From the NCBI GenBank assembly GCA_046483985.1, contig JAWOCD010000092.1, positions 1-64,000 of the forward strand: a stretch of DNA of 64,000 nucleotides. The letters run 5' to 3'. Origin of the DNA: Promethearchaeia archaeon (lineage in GTDB: Archaea > Asgardarchaeota > Lokiarchaeia > Sigyniarchaeales > SOKP01). The position numbers and the translations under genes were made by a program. Below are positions 27,761-37,403 of the stretch, in pieces. The notes beneath the pieces are model-generated. The model was given only the letters and a program-made list of their open reading frames with translations, made no database searches and was not told where the DNA came from. Numbering within the stretch: the stretch's first letter is position 1; every line of letters starts with the position of its first letter.

Positions 27761-29092
27761 TTAGACTTCGATTTCTTCTCGCAAATTTTCCGGAAGAGAT
27801 TCCTCGGTTATGAGAAAGAAGGGGATGGACAATATAAAGAATATTGGAACGAATGCAAAAATCCAATTAATGCCAAATGTATCGGCTATTAGTCCTCCGA
27901 GTAATGCTCCTGGCACTTGGCTGACGGTGTTAATAATATTTAACAATCCAATAAATTGGCCTTTTTTCCCGGCAGGAAGTAAATCTTGCTGCCACGAATT
28001 TAATGGGATCAAGAGACATGTGGTAGCAAACATTACTAAGATCACGGAGATGATTAGGAATGAAGTACTAACAATATTATCCGGTGTTAGGAACGGAACC
28101 ATAAAAAACCCAACACATGAGAGAAGAATGATTGGTGTGATAAATACCTTTCGGCCGTATTTATCCGAACCCTTCCCCATTAGTAAACTTCCCCCTAATA
28201 CAGCCGGAGCAATAAATATAATAGCCAAGACCAATTCAATGGTCTCTAATCCCAAACTAAACACATAATTAAAAAGATATGGAGTGATAATTCGCGTGCC
28301 TGTATTAAATATGGTCATTGCGATAATGATCTTGAAAAACTCTTTATTCTTAACTAATTCTTCATACTGAAAACTCTCCTTAATGTCTGCAACAAAACCC
28401 TTCGGCGGAGGAAGCTCGGATGGTCTCTTTTCATCAAGAAAAATAAATCCAATAACTGTGACGATAATTATCGAGAGCCCTCCGTACATCAGTACAAAAA
28501 TATGGCCTTGTTGGTTGATTATAGTCTCTCCCCCCGCCTTGCTACCAAATAACTCGTTAACGACCAGAGTAAGGGCCACTGTTGATAGGGTAGCAAAGAG
28601 AGAAAAAATTGAAACAATTGCATTTGCCCTTCCCCGACGATTGATTTTGATGAGATCGGGGATTAGTGGTCTTGTTGCTCCGTAAAACATATTGGAAAAA
28701 ATACCAATAATAATGGCATCCAAGACAAAACACCACCAATAATTGGGAGAAAAGGGGTAAACACACATTGCCGTCCCGGCAATTACACCCCCAAAAATCA
28801 TATACGGTCGTCTTCTTCCTAATTTACTTCGACAGTTATCAGAGAGGGTGCCAAAGACTAAAACAAATATCAATCCAAAAATGGCACTAACGGAAACCAT
28901 AAACCCAATATAAATGTAAGGTAGTTCTAGAACGTGATCAATATAGGTATTAAAAAACGAACCTTCATAAAACCCAAAAACTGTAGCCCCTGCACCCAAT
29001 AACCCAATCAGAATGATTTGAAACGAGATAAATCCCTTTTCGGATTCATCTCCTAAATTAGTGTCTCTTTCTTCTCCGTCAACTTCGTTCAT
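27761..29092 (-). CDS. MFS transporter (GPH/sugar-type)
   Basis: GTLSDNCRSKLGRRRPY, SDKYGRK; 12 TM segments. Confidence 0.9.
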   Translation of the reverse strand: MNEVDGEERDTNLGDESEKGFISFQIILIGLLGAGATVFGFYEGSFFNTYIDHVLELPYIYIGFMVSVSAIFGLIFVLVFGTLSDNCRSKLGRRRPYMIFGGVIAGTAMCVYPFSPNYWWCFVLDAIIIGIFSNMFYGATRPLIPDLIKINRRGRANAIVSIFSLFATLSTVALTLVVNELFGSKAGGETIINQQGHIFVLMYGGLSIIIVTVIGFIFLDEKRPSELPPPKGFVADIKESFQYEELVKNKEFFKIIIAMTIFNTGTRIITPYLFNYVFSLGLETIELVLAIIFIAPAVLGGSLLMGKGSDKYGRKVFITPIILLSCVGFFMVPFLTPDNIVSTSFLIISVILVMFATTCLLIPLNSWQQDLLPAGKKGQFIGLLNIINTVSQVPGALLGGLIADTFGINWIFAFVPIFFILSIPFFLITEESLPENLREEIEV

Positions 29093-29148
29093 AATTATTA
29101 AGATTATTAAGATTAAAAGAATTAAAAAATTTGAGATTGATAAAAAAA

Positions 29149-30060
29149 ATGAATAAATTCAAAGTGCTTTTCTCCTTTGAAAAAAGAAAGGGAATAGTTG
29201 AAGAGATTTTTCCGCTCCTTCAATCGAGGCTAAAAGATGTTGAAATCGTCTACCATAACCCTAAAGATGATGTGCTCGCTTTAAACAAGATAGGGGAGAA
29301 ATATGGAGACTTTAATCTCTTTGTTGTTAAAGTCGCCTCAGAAAGCTCTATCGATTTACTTCATTTCGCAGAATTATATAATATCCCTTGTTTGCATGAT
29401 ATAAAATCAGTGTTAATTTGTAAAAACAAGGTTGCTTTAGACCATCACATACGAAAGATAATTTCAAACCTCACTTTCGAGAATAATTTTCGGATCCCGC
29501 TTTCTTGGACGCGCTCCTTATTGGAAAAACAAAGTTTTAAAACTTGGGTTAAACAGAGATTTCCCGTGATACTTAAAAGCCATTATCAGAGTAATGTAAA
29601 TATACGATTTAATTATTTAGTGCGAAATATGCAAGAAGTAGATGATTTCTATAAGACATATAAAGAATTTATCTACTATGATGTTTATATCCAAGAATTT
29701 ATTGAATGCGATGGAATGGATAGAAAAATTTATGTGATGGGAGATGAGGTATTTGGGGTTAAAAGAAGAAATCCCATTTATATTTTTATGGAAGAAAATG
29801 TAGAATCCTTGAATGTGGAAGAAATTGAGAGAGAACAATTTATACCCTCACCTCAAATCCAAAAGCTAGCGCGAACTTTTGCAGAAAAATTGGACATTAA
29901 AATCTTTGGATTCGATCTTATTACCCCTCAAGACAAAGAAGAGTATTACCTCATAGATCTTAATGATTTTCCTGGTTTTTCGGGAATTGAAAAGAATTCC
30001 CAATATTTATTGGATTTTTTCACTAATTTCATCCGAATACAGATGGATACCGATAATTGA
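29149..30060 (+). CDS. ATP-grasp protein (RimK/ITPK1-like)
   Basis: FPVILK, IQEFIECDGMDRKIYVMGD, IFGFDLI, YYLIDLNDFPGF. Confidence 0.8.
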   Translation: MNKFKVLFSFEKRKGIVEEIFPLLQSRLKDVEIVYHNPKDDVLALNKIGEKYGDFNLFVVKVASESSIDLLHFAELYNIPCLHDIKSVLICKNKVALDHHIRKIISNLTFENNFRIPLSWTRSLLEKQSFKTWVKQRFPVILKSHYQSNVNIRFNYLVRNMQEVDDFYKTYKEFIYYDVYIQEFIECDGMDRKIYVMGDEVFGVKRRNPIYIFMEENVESLNVEEIEREQFIPSPQIQKLARTFAEKLDIKIFGFDLITPQDKEEYYLIDLNDFPGFSGIEKNSQYLLDFFTNFIRIQMDTDN

Positions 30061-30137
30061 TTCCTCCTTATAAACCACTTAATAATTTTTAAATTTTAAA
30101 AAATACATTTAAATTTACAAATTTTTACTATCTAAGT

Positions 30138-30371
30138 ATGAGGTATATGGATTCTTTAGAAGAAGAACTACTCTGGTTTGAAGAAGAATTCCAAGCTTTA
30201 TTTGAAAATAAGAATAATAACTTCTCAAGTAATGATAAGAAAACAGCCTCCCGTATTCTGAACAAATTAAATAGAAAATTTAAATGCGCTCCGGACAAGA
30301 AAACTAAAGTATGCTTAAGGGGTACTCTGACGAAGCTAAAAAAGAAGTATCCCAATCTGATCAGAGATTAA
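30138..30371 (+). CDS. Small helical hypothetical protein
   Basis: 77-aa ORF with ATG and plausible composition. Confidence 0.5.
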   Translation: MRYMDSLEEELLWFEEEFQALFENKNNNFSSNDKKTASRILNKLNRKFKCAPDKKTKVCLRGTLTKLKKKYPNLIRD

Positions 30372-30392
30372 TTTTTAGTCTATTTTTAGTTC

Positions 30393-30560
30393 TTGAACTA
30401 CTCATATTCTCTAATGCGTGATCAGTACATTAGACAATATAGGTTGGTTCTCCAACCGTAAATTAAGGTTCTACTCCGTTCTATAATTATGAAGTATATC
30501 AAGACATTAGTCCGAAGTATTGTCTTATTTTAAAGGATGGAATTTGCTTTTGTTTTTTTG
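30393..30560 (-). mobile_element. Degraded copy of the 4608-4875 miniature IS200/IS605 element
   Basis: TTTAT-CAAAAAAACAAAAG left end; shares AACCAACCTATATTGTCTAATGTACTGATCA(C/T)GCATTAGAGA; both terminal hairpins partly deleted; ends TCAA. Confidence 0.8.
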
Positions 30561-30579
30561 ATAAATAGTACTTTTAGTC

Positions 30580-31434
30580 TTATGTGGTTCCCAGCATAAA
30601 AGGGACAATTACTGCAAAAGGAAACATCCCGTAAATAATACAAAAATAGGTAAATTTCATTTTTTTTGCGAGTTTTAATAGTAAATCAATAGATATGTAA
30701 CCAAATATTGCGCTAATTAAAGTTAGAGATAATAATAAAAAAATATCTAAAGATCCAACTATTGATTGTTCGTTAAATAGGATCTCTATCCCAATTGAAC
30801 CAAGGACCGCTGGAACGGACATCAAGAAACTTAATTTTAGGGCATTATCCTCTTTATAATCGTTTAAGAGAATGGAAGAAACCGTAATCCCCGAGCGAGA
30901 AATTCCAGAAAGAACTGAAAATCCTTGAAATAACCCTGCTAGGAAACTATCTTTTGTAATTTCGTTTTGTTCCATGGATCCAATTTGTTTTATTCCGTAT
31001 TTCTTCTTAATATTTAATAAAATAATGCCCGTAATAATTAACAGCCCAGAAATAATAAGGGTGATAAGGTCGCCCGATAACGCAGTAAACTCCTCGATCA
31101 CATGGACTTTAAACAGAAAATAAACTGGCACGGCAACCACGGCAGTTCCGATAGCGGCAAAAATCAACCAATTCCTATTTTTTATATCAATCTCTTCCAC
31201 GTCAAATTTCTGCGGGATGAAGGATTTTATCATATTGAGAAATTCCTGATAGAATTTTAGAAGTATGGCAATAATAGTACCCAAGTGAAGAAAGATGGCT
31301 AAACTAAACGCATCTTGGGGCGGGATATCAAAGAACTCCATGGAAATAATCATCACTTGCCCAGAAGAGGAAATAGGAAGACTTTCGATAAGACCCTGCA
31401 GAATAGCTATAATAATATATTCAATCATTTTCAA
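30580..31434 (-). CDS. uppP: Undecaprenyl-diphosphate phosphatase (BacA family)
   Basis: QGLIESLPISSSGQ, HLGT, SGISRSGIT, SFLMSVP. Confidence 0.88.
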   Translation of the reverse strand: MKMIEYIIIAILQGLIESLPISSSGQVMIISMEFFDIPPQDAFSLAIFLHLGTIIAILLKFYQEFLNMIKSFIPQKFDVEEIDIKNRNWLIFAAIGTAVVAVPVYFLFKVHVIEEFTALSGDLITLIISGLLIITGIILLNIKKKYGIKQIGSMEQNEITKDSFLAGLFQGFSVLSGISRSGITVSSILLNDYKEDNALKLSFLMSVPAVLGSIGIEILFNEQSIVGSLDIFLLLSLTLISAIFGYISIDLLLKLAKKMKFTYFCIIYGMFPFAVIVPFMLGTT

Positions 31435-31508
31435 TACTTTTCATCTATGAATATGGCATATAAATTTATAAATTACCATCTAAAAAGAGAAAAAAAATAG
31501 AAGAGAAA

Positions 31509-32186
31509 TTAAAAAGTAATATCTTTAATTTTTACGAATTTGACTCCGCTTTCTGTCATAGTCTTAAGGGCTCTGGATAAGTTTCCCGGGGGATCATCAA
31601 TTGCCTTCGAGAGATACGGAAGAAAACAGACATTAAATTCAAACTCTCGGCCATCAATGGCCGAGGCAAAGCAGCAATAATCTAAGGCTAAGCCGCAAAT
31701 GAAAATCCGATCGATATCTAAATCTTTTAAATATCCACGAAGACCAGTCTCTGTTTTTTTATCATTTTCTAAAAAGGCAGAATAGGAATCAACCCTTGGA
31801 TGATATCCCTTTCGAATGATGGCATTGCCTAAAGTGTTATCAAGATCATCGTGAATTTGTGCGCCGCGAGTACCTTGGACACAATGATCTGGCCAGAGAA
31901 CTGGTCCAATCCCTTCTGCGTCATAATCGTCTCCAGGCTCCTTATCCGGGTAACTGCTTGCAAAAGACATATGATCTTCAGGATGCCAATCTTGGGTTAA
32001 AACAATATGATAATCATTATTTTTAAATTTCTTACCCAATTTGTTAATATCATCAATGATCTCATCCCCTCCTTCAACTGCTAAAGCTCCTCCTGGAACA
32101 AAATCATATTGCATATCAACTATCAATAATGCATCTGCTTCTGTGATGTGCACATCCTTTTCAAATTTTAGATCTTCAATATTCAT
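31509..32186 (-). CDS. pncA: Nicotinamidase/pyrazinamidase
   Basis: VDMQYDFVPGGALAV, TQDWHP, WPDHCVQG, DSYSAF, GLALDYC. Confidence 0.93.
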   Translation of the reverse strand: MNIEDLKFEKDVHITEADALLIVDMQYDFVPGGALAVEGGDEIIDDINKLGKKFKNNDYHIVLTQDWHPEDHMSFASSYPDKEPGDDYDAEGIGPVLWPDHCVQGTRGAQIHDDLDNTLGNAIIRKGYHPRVDSYSAFLENDKKTETGLRGYLKDLDIDRIFICGLALDYCCFASAIDGREFEFNVCFLPYLSKAIDDPPGNLSRALKTMTESGVKFVKIKDITF

Positions 32187-32397
32187 AAGGATTCATTATA
32201 TAATTGATTTTAATTCAAATAAAAACGTTTCTCTCATATTTCATTAAATATAAGCCAATAGCATATAGAAAAATATCCCTTTTCTTATAAAAAAGTTTAA
32301 TTTATATTAATATATCTCCAACTCTCAATTTTCTGAATAGTTTTTATTTGAATGACTTTTTTGTGAATAATATTCTAATAATACAATTTATCTTCCT

Positions 32398-33513
32398 ATG
32401 GCTTCGAGTTTAACGCTCACAATTTTGGGTATATTCGTTGTTTATCTCTGCTACCTGCAAATCGAAGTAATAAAACATTCCAGAGATAAAAATGAAAGGA
32501 ATTACTCCAAAATTTTACTCATCTTATTCATTCTTGCAAATTTCTGGTTCTATATTAATGTTAAAATATCTTATCCTTTAGATATCGCGCTCCTTCTGGG
32601 ATATTCCTTAATGATCGCATTTTTTAAGGTATATAATCTTTTGAGCAAATATATCTTCAACAGTGAAACTGAAATGGGCAAAATCGATGAAGAGTTTCAG
32701 AAAAATAAGGGGAATTTACACGAATTTCTCCGTAAGTTCTTCCACTTTTTTGTTTTTGGAGGGAGCCTCCTCTATATAGTAATTTATAATACCGTCTCGG
32801 TTGATGTTATCAGTAATGACCAAAGCCAAAATCAACTAATTGGGAATTATGTCTTTTGGGACAATCTCCCAATTTTACGAGAACTAAACTTTAATTTTCG
32901 ATTTGACCCATTATTCTATCAATTCTCCGCAATGCAGACTGCAATGATTACTCTCTTTATGATAGCTCTTCCCCTTGTGATCATAGTAGAGAGATATCGC
33001 TTAGATCCTCAAAAGGAGATTCCTTTTCATATCCTTTTTATAAAATCCTTACGTCCAGATGAGAAACATAACGCTGCCCATTATTATTTCTTTACCTTCG
33101 GCATCTTTTTGGCTGCAGCATTTCTACCAGTTGCATATGTATTTGGGATCCTCTGTATCCTTTGTTTTGGAGATACGTTTGCAGGGCTTGTGGGAAAACG
33201 ATGTCAACGGATGAGACATAAAATACCATGGGAATCAGAAAAATGTTTTGAAGGAAGTATTGCCGGATTCTTAGCAACATTCTTCACATCGATATTTTTT
33301 GTGGGATGGGTGATGGGAGTTGTTTTAAGTTTAGTCTTTATTCTCATTGATATAATCACTCCTTATACCTTGAAAGTTTCGGATAATTTTGCATATCCTC
33401 TCATTTCAATCGGAATTATAGTAATTGTTTTATTAGTCGGGTTTCAAGCACCTACCATGTTTGGAGAAGTAGTTGAAGGATTAAATAAGTGGTATGCAAA
33501 TAATCTGGGATAA
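32398..33513 (+). CDS. Polyprenol/dolichol/phytol kinase family (CTP-dependent) membrane protein
   Basis: EFLRKFFH, FGDTFAGLVGK, KCFEGSIAG, SDNFAYP. Confidence 0.8.
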   Translation: MASSLTLTILGIFVVYLCYLQIEVIKHSRDKNERNYSKILLILFILANFWFYINVKISYPLDIALLLGYSLMIAFFKVYNLLSKYIFNSETEMGKIDEEFQKNKGNLHEFLRKFFHFFVFGGSLLYIVIYNTVSVDVISNDQSQNQLIGNYVFWDNLPILRELNFNFRFDPLFYQFSAMQTAMITLFMIALPLVIIVERYRLDPQKEIPFHILFIKSLRPDEKHNAAHYYFFTFGIFLAAAFLPVAYVFGILCILCFGDTFAGLVGKRCQRMRHKIPWESEKCFEGSIAGFLATFFTSIFFVGWVMGVVLSLVFILIDIITPYTLKVSDNFAYPLISIGIIVIVLLVGFQAPTMFGEVVEGLNKWYANNLG

Positions 33514-33619
33514 ATTCAAATTTTCTGGTAAATTCATTCATTCTTCTTTTAAAGGGAGTTATTTATTTTTTTTTAATTTAGGTAAAATTTAATTTGGAGT
33601 ACGCCCTACTTCCTATTAG

Positions 33620-34075
33620 ATGGGTAACAATACAGAAAATACGGAGCATAAAAAGTCTTATACCAAAAAGTTAATAGGTAAGACCGTGGTTCTTATTGCA
33701 TATGCAATCCTTCTGCTATTTCTATACACCGTATTAATGCAGTTTAGCGAAAATCTTTTCATTGTCTTACTTATCTTAGCATTTATATTATTAACATTGT
33801 TAGGTCCCTTGTTGAAACCGAAAAAGGGGCAACAAAGGCTCTACAAGAAGATGTTTCCCAAAGAAAAGAGGAAAAAAAGAGATGCACGAAGAAAAAGACG
33901 AAAGATTCATGAGATTGAGGCGTATCATAAAGATAAACAACAAAAAGTTAAAGCCAACAGTTTAAACTACAAATATCGAAAACCTCTCATTAGAAGATGC
34001 TTCAAATGTAACATGATCCTTCCAAGTTATGTGAAAAAGTGTCCCAATTGTGGTACACCAGTGAAGAAATTTTAA
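33620..34075 (+). CDS. Two-TM membrane protein with basic linker and C-terminal zinc ribbon
   Basis: Two hydrophobic helices; CFKC...CPNCG. Confidence 0.75.
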   Translation: MGNNTENTEHKKSYTKKLIGKTVVLIAYAILLLFLYTVLMQFSENLFIVLLILAFILLTLLGPLLKPKKGQQRLYKKMFPKEKRKKRDARRKRRKIHEIEAYHKDKQQKVKANSLNYKYRKPLIRRCFKCNMILPSYVKKCPNCGTPVKKF

Positions 34076-34101
34076 AACGATGGTAAATTATTAAAAGATA
34101 T

Positions 34102-34175
34102 GCACTCGTAGTATAGAGGTAGAATCTCAGGTTCCCATCCTGAGGACCCGGGTTCAAATCCCGGCGGGTGCACCA
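34102..34175 (+). tRNA. tRNA-Gly(CCC), CCA encoded
   Basis: GCACTCG/CGGGTGC acceptor, TCAGG-TTCCCAT-CCTGA anticodon arm, GGTTCAAATCC T-arm, ACCA end. Confidence 0.93.
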
Positions 34176-34184
34176 TTCTCTTTT

Positions 34185-36371
34185 TTACCAAGATAAGCCT
34201 TTGATAAATTTTAAATCAGAGATAATTCGTTTCGCCTCTTGTGATGGAACTTCCCGAAAGGTATAAAATTCGTTTTGCCAGAATGCTTTTCCAGAGGTAA
34301 AAGAGCGTAGATCCTCCGCAAAATTGATGGAATTTCGCACTGGCAAGAAGATTTCAATAGTAGTTTGATATTCATTTTCTTGATCAATTTTATTAATTTT
34401 TGCTTGATGTTTGGAAAATACAGAAGTCGCCTTTTTTACATACTCCGATGGTAATTGAATGACTGTACGATAAATTGGCTCCAAAAGAATAAGTTCGGCA
34501 TCCTTTAAGGCTCGTTTAATTGCATCATAGAAGAGAGTCGAAAGCTCGGTAAATAAGGTCTCTTCATCGATTGAATATAATGTTAAATCCAGTATGGTAA
34601 TTTTTATGCTCGTTAGTCGCTCACCGCATAAAGGTCCATTCAAATGGATTTTTTCAATAATTTCCAAGATTTCCTTTCTATGTTCTTTGCTTACTTCTGA
34701 GTCCGAAAGGTTAATGAGAATATTTTGATCCGAGTCAATATTCCAAAGATGGGCAATTTCAACCTCCGATAAAGAAGTATTCCCCTTCAAATATGATTTA
34801 CGCCGTTTTTTTGCCTTGGTCTTCTGTAAATCCTCATCTCGTAATGTTTTGATAACCTTATCGTTTAGGCGTTCCACTTTTAGTTTTAATACATTCTGCT
34901 CTTCCGAGGAATATGAGGAAATCACAGAAGAACTATGTCTGCAGGATTCCTTAAACACAGCGCGAGGTTCAGACATCGAAATTTCAACGCCCCGCTTTTC
35001 AATTTCATGAGCCGTGACTTCAAGATGGAGCGGACCCATTCCAGAAAGAAGATATTGTCCAGTATCTTCATTAATTTCAAATTTGAGATTGGGATCTTCA
35101 ATTAATAAATTTTCGATGATTTCCTTCATCTCGTCAATTTGGCGTAGGTATTCTGGTTCGATTGACACAGTAACTACGGGGGTGGATACATATTTTACAT
35201 TTTCGAAAGGAAGCATGCTATCGTCCATTCCCGTCTCAACGAGTGTTTCTCCGCTTTTCACTTTTTTTAACGCTTCAAGTGCTACAATATTCCCCACGGG
35301 AATTCTATCGACATGCTCTCTTCGTTGTCCCATAAAAATGGCAAGCTTTCGAATTCGCTCAATTTTATTTTCCCGCATTAGCAAAATCTCTTTTTTTTTG
35401 GTGCAAGTTCCAGAGAAAATCCTGCCAGTGGCAACTAAACCATGATTATCAACTTGAACTTTACTCAAACAAATAATTAGAGGACCATTAGGGTCACATT
35501 TTCTCATAGCTTTTCCTATGTTAGAATTAATTGGTCCATCCCAAATTTTTTTGATTCGGTATTCTTGCGCCACATTGGGATTTGGAAGATGTTGAACTAC
35601 CATTCCCAAAACAGCATCGGTGATAGATAAATATATTGGCAAATCGCCGTAAGGGTCTGCAGTGTTTTCGTCTTCATATCGTCTACGAATATCTTCGAAT
35701 TTTAAATCGCTTTTTTGCATTGTTTTATAAGTAAAACCCCATCTATGAAGGGCAGAACCAAATGCCACGTTTCCTTCGGTAATTGCTACTTTCCAATCTT
35801 TATCGTAGGGGGGTTCAGCAAATCTTTCGATTAGGGTATTGAAATCCTTAATAATCCTGGAAAATTTTTCTTTTATTTCTTCATCATTTAATTTGAGTTC
35901 TCGTATTAGACGATCCACTTTATTTATATAGAGAATAGGTTTCACACCCTCTTGGAGAGCTTGCTTTATCACCGTTTCCGATTGCGAGATAATCTCTTCC
36001 ACTGCATCCACTACAACTATAACCCCGTCAATTAGGCGAAGAGCTCGTGTGACCTTACCACTAAAGTCTAAATGCCCTGGCGTATCAACAAGATTTATTA
36101 AAAAAGGTTTCGTTTCTTTTAAACTCTTTTCATAGTAAAGCGATATATTTGCGGATTTCATTGTTATGCCACGTTTTTGCTCTTCCTCTAAAAAGTCTAG
36201 TGCTCTGGCCTCTCCAGCAAGATCGGGGGAAAGAAGACCCGCTTCGCTTAGTAATGAATCTGAGAGTGTTGTCTTCCCATGGTCTATATGACCTACAAAA
36301 CCAATATTGCGGATTTGTTCCCGGTTCTCCATTATCTTTAATATTTCGGAGATTTCTTTATGACGTGGCAT
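34185..36371 (-). CDS. fusA: Elongation factor 2 paralogue (aEF-2p-like; no diphthamide motif)
   Basis: GHIDHGKT, RGIT, DTPGH, NKVD, GMGPLHLE, GPLCGE, LLEP. Domain IV loop reads LYSIDEETLFTE instead of the LHED..HRG consensus. Confidence 0.88.
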   Translation of the reverse strand: MPRHKEISEILKIMENREQIRNIGFVGHIDHGKTTLSDSLLSEAGLLSPDLAGEARALDFLEEEQKRGITMKSANISLYYEKSLKETKPFLINLVDTPGHLDFSGKVTRALRLIDGVIVVVDAVEEIISQSETVIKQALQEGVKPILYINKVDRLIRELKLNDEEIKEKFSRIIKDFNTLIERFAEPPYDKDWKVAITEGNVAFGSALHRWGFTYKTMQKSDLKFEDIRRRYEDENTADPYGDLPIYLSITDAVLGMVVQHLPNPNVAQEYRIKKIWDGPINSNIGKAMRKCDPNGPLIICLSKVQVDNHGLVATGRIFSGTCTKKKEILLMRENKIERIRKLAIFMGQRREHVDRIPVGNIVALEALKKVKSGETLVETGMDDSMLPFENVKYVSTPVVTVSIEPEYLRQIDEMKEIIENLLIEDPNLKFEINEDTGQYLLSGMGPLHLEVTAHEIEKRGVEISMSEPRAVFKESCRHSSSVISSYSSEEQNVLKLKVERLNDKVIKTLRDEDLQKTKAKKRRKSYLKGNTSLSEVEIAHLWNIDSDQNILINLSDSEVSKEHRKEILEIIEKIHLNGPLCGERLTSIKITILDLTLYSIDEETLFTELSTLFYDAIKRALKDAELILLEPIYRTVIQLPSEYVKKATSVFSKHQAKINKIDQENEYQTTIEIFLPVRNSINFAEDLRSFTSGKAFWQNEFYTFREVPSQEAKRIISDLKFIKGLSW

Positions 36372-36459
36372 TTTCTTGAATTTGCTACCATTACTTATCT
36401 TTAAGTATACTTTCTTCATTCTTATGCCTTAAAATTTACTACGGGCAAATTTTAAGGGT

Positions 36460-36570
36460 GGGAAATGACCCCCTCATTACTCAAGATCCTCCTCATTGGA
36501 TCAACTCACACTCGGTAAGCTTTCTCCTCAGTTGGGTCAGACTTTTCATCGGGAAAAATAATCATTTCCC
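36460..36570 (-). ncRNA. Candidate structured non-coding RNA
   Basis: GC-richer island with terminal GGGAAAUGA/UCAUUUCCC, UGACCC/GGGUCA, AGCUUAC/GUGAGUU (G-U pairs favour minus strand) and GAUCC/GGAUC helices. Confidence 0.45.
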
Positions 36571-36761
36571 AATAAATATTAAAGTAAAATTACAAATTAA
36601 TTTTAACAATTTTAAATTTTAACTTATCTCAATCCTAATAATGACTTTTAAGTTTGAAAGACAATAATGTCAAAAAAGAGTTTCATATAAAGTCTTATCG
36701 AATGAAGTTAAAATGACTCTCTTCTGGAAATAGGGTCAAAGTTAATAATAATAATTTTTTT

Positions 36762-37403
36762 TTATAAATCAATCTTACCTTTAACTTTAACAATCCTGCC
36801 GTCTATTTCTAAACGATCATCGCAGAATAATTCAATCGATTTCGGAAAAATTTTGTGCTCCCATTTTAATATTCGAGAACCCAATGAATCTTCTGTATCA
36901 TCAGCATAGACTCTTACGCATTTTTGAATAATAATAGGCCCGTGATCTTTATGTTCATCCACAAAATGTACAGTTGCACCAGAAACTTTTACGCCATATT
37001 CCAGAGCGTCTCGATGTGCATGCATTCCCTTAAAACTCGGTAAAAGTGCCGGATGAATGTTCATAACTTTTCCTTGAAAATGTCTAATAAACTCTTTGCT
37101 CACTAACCTCATATAACCAACCAGTACGATTAATTCACAGTCATAACTGTCTAGGACCTCGATTATCTTCTGGTCAAACTCTTCTCGAGTGCCCTTATGT
37201 TTATCGGATTCAATTAACTCATAAGGGATATTATGTTTTTTGGCACGTTCCATGCAATAAGCTCCCGGTTTATTACAAATTAATACCTCCACTGTAGCCT
37301 TTTCTTTTAGAATACCAGATTCAGTCGCCTCTACAATTGCTTCAAAATTAGAGCCACTCCCACTTGCAATTGCCCCAATTTTCAGTAACTTTTTCTCCGT
37401 CAT
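36762..37403 (-). CDS. purN: Phosphoribosylglycinamide formyltransferase
   Basis: ASGSGSNF, GYMR, NIHPALLPSF, SGATVHFVD..DHGPII. Confidence 0.95.
   Translation of the reverse strand: MTEKKLLKIGAIASGSGSNFEAIVEATESGILKEKATVEVLICNKPGAYCMERAKKHNIPYELIESDKHKGTREEFDQKIIEVLDSYDCELIVLVGYMRLVSKEFIRHFQGKVMNIHPALLPSFKGMHAHRDALEYGVKVSGATVHFVDEHKDHGPIIIQKCVRVYADDTEDSLGSRILKWEHKIFPKSIELFCDDRLEIDGRIVKVKGKIDL

Noticed and set aside
34185-36419. Canonical EF-2 with start at 36419
   Set aside because: Lacks the diphthamide loop; MPRHK at 36371 fits the archaeal EF-2 N-terminus better.
36490-36545. Hammerhead ribozyme (CUGAGGA-GAAA on minus strand)
   Set aside because: No stem II between CUGANGA and GAAA, and no stem III/NUH arrangement.
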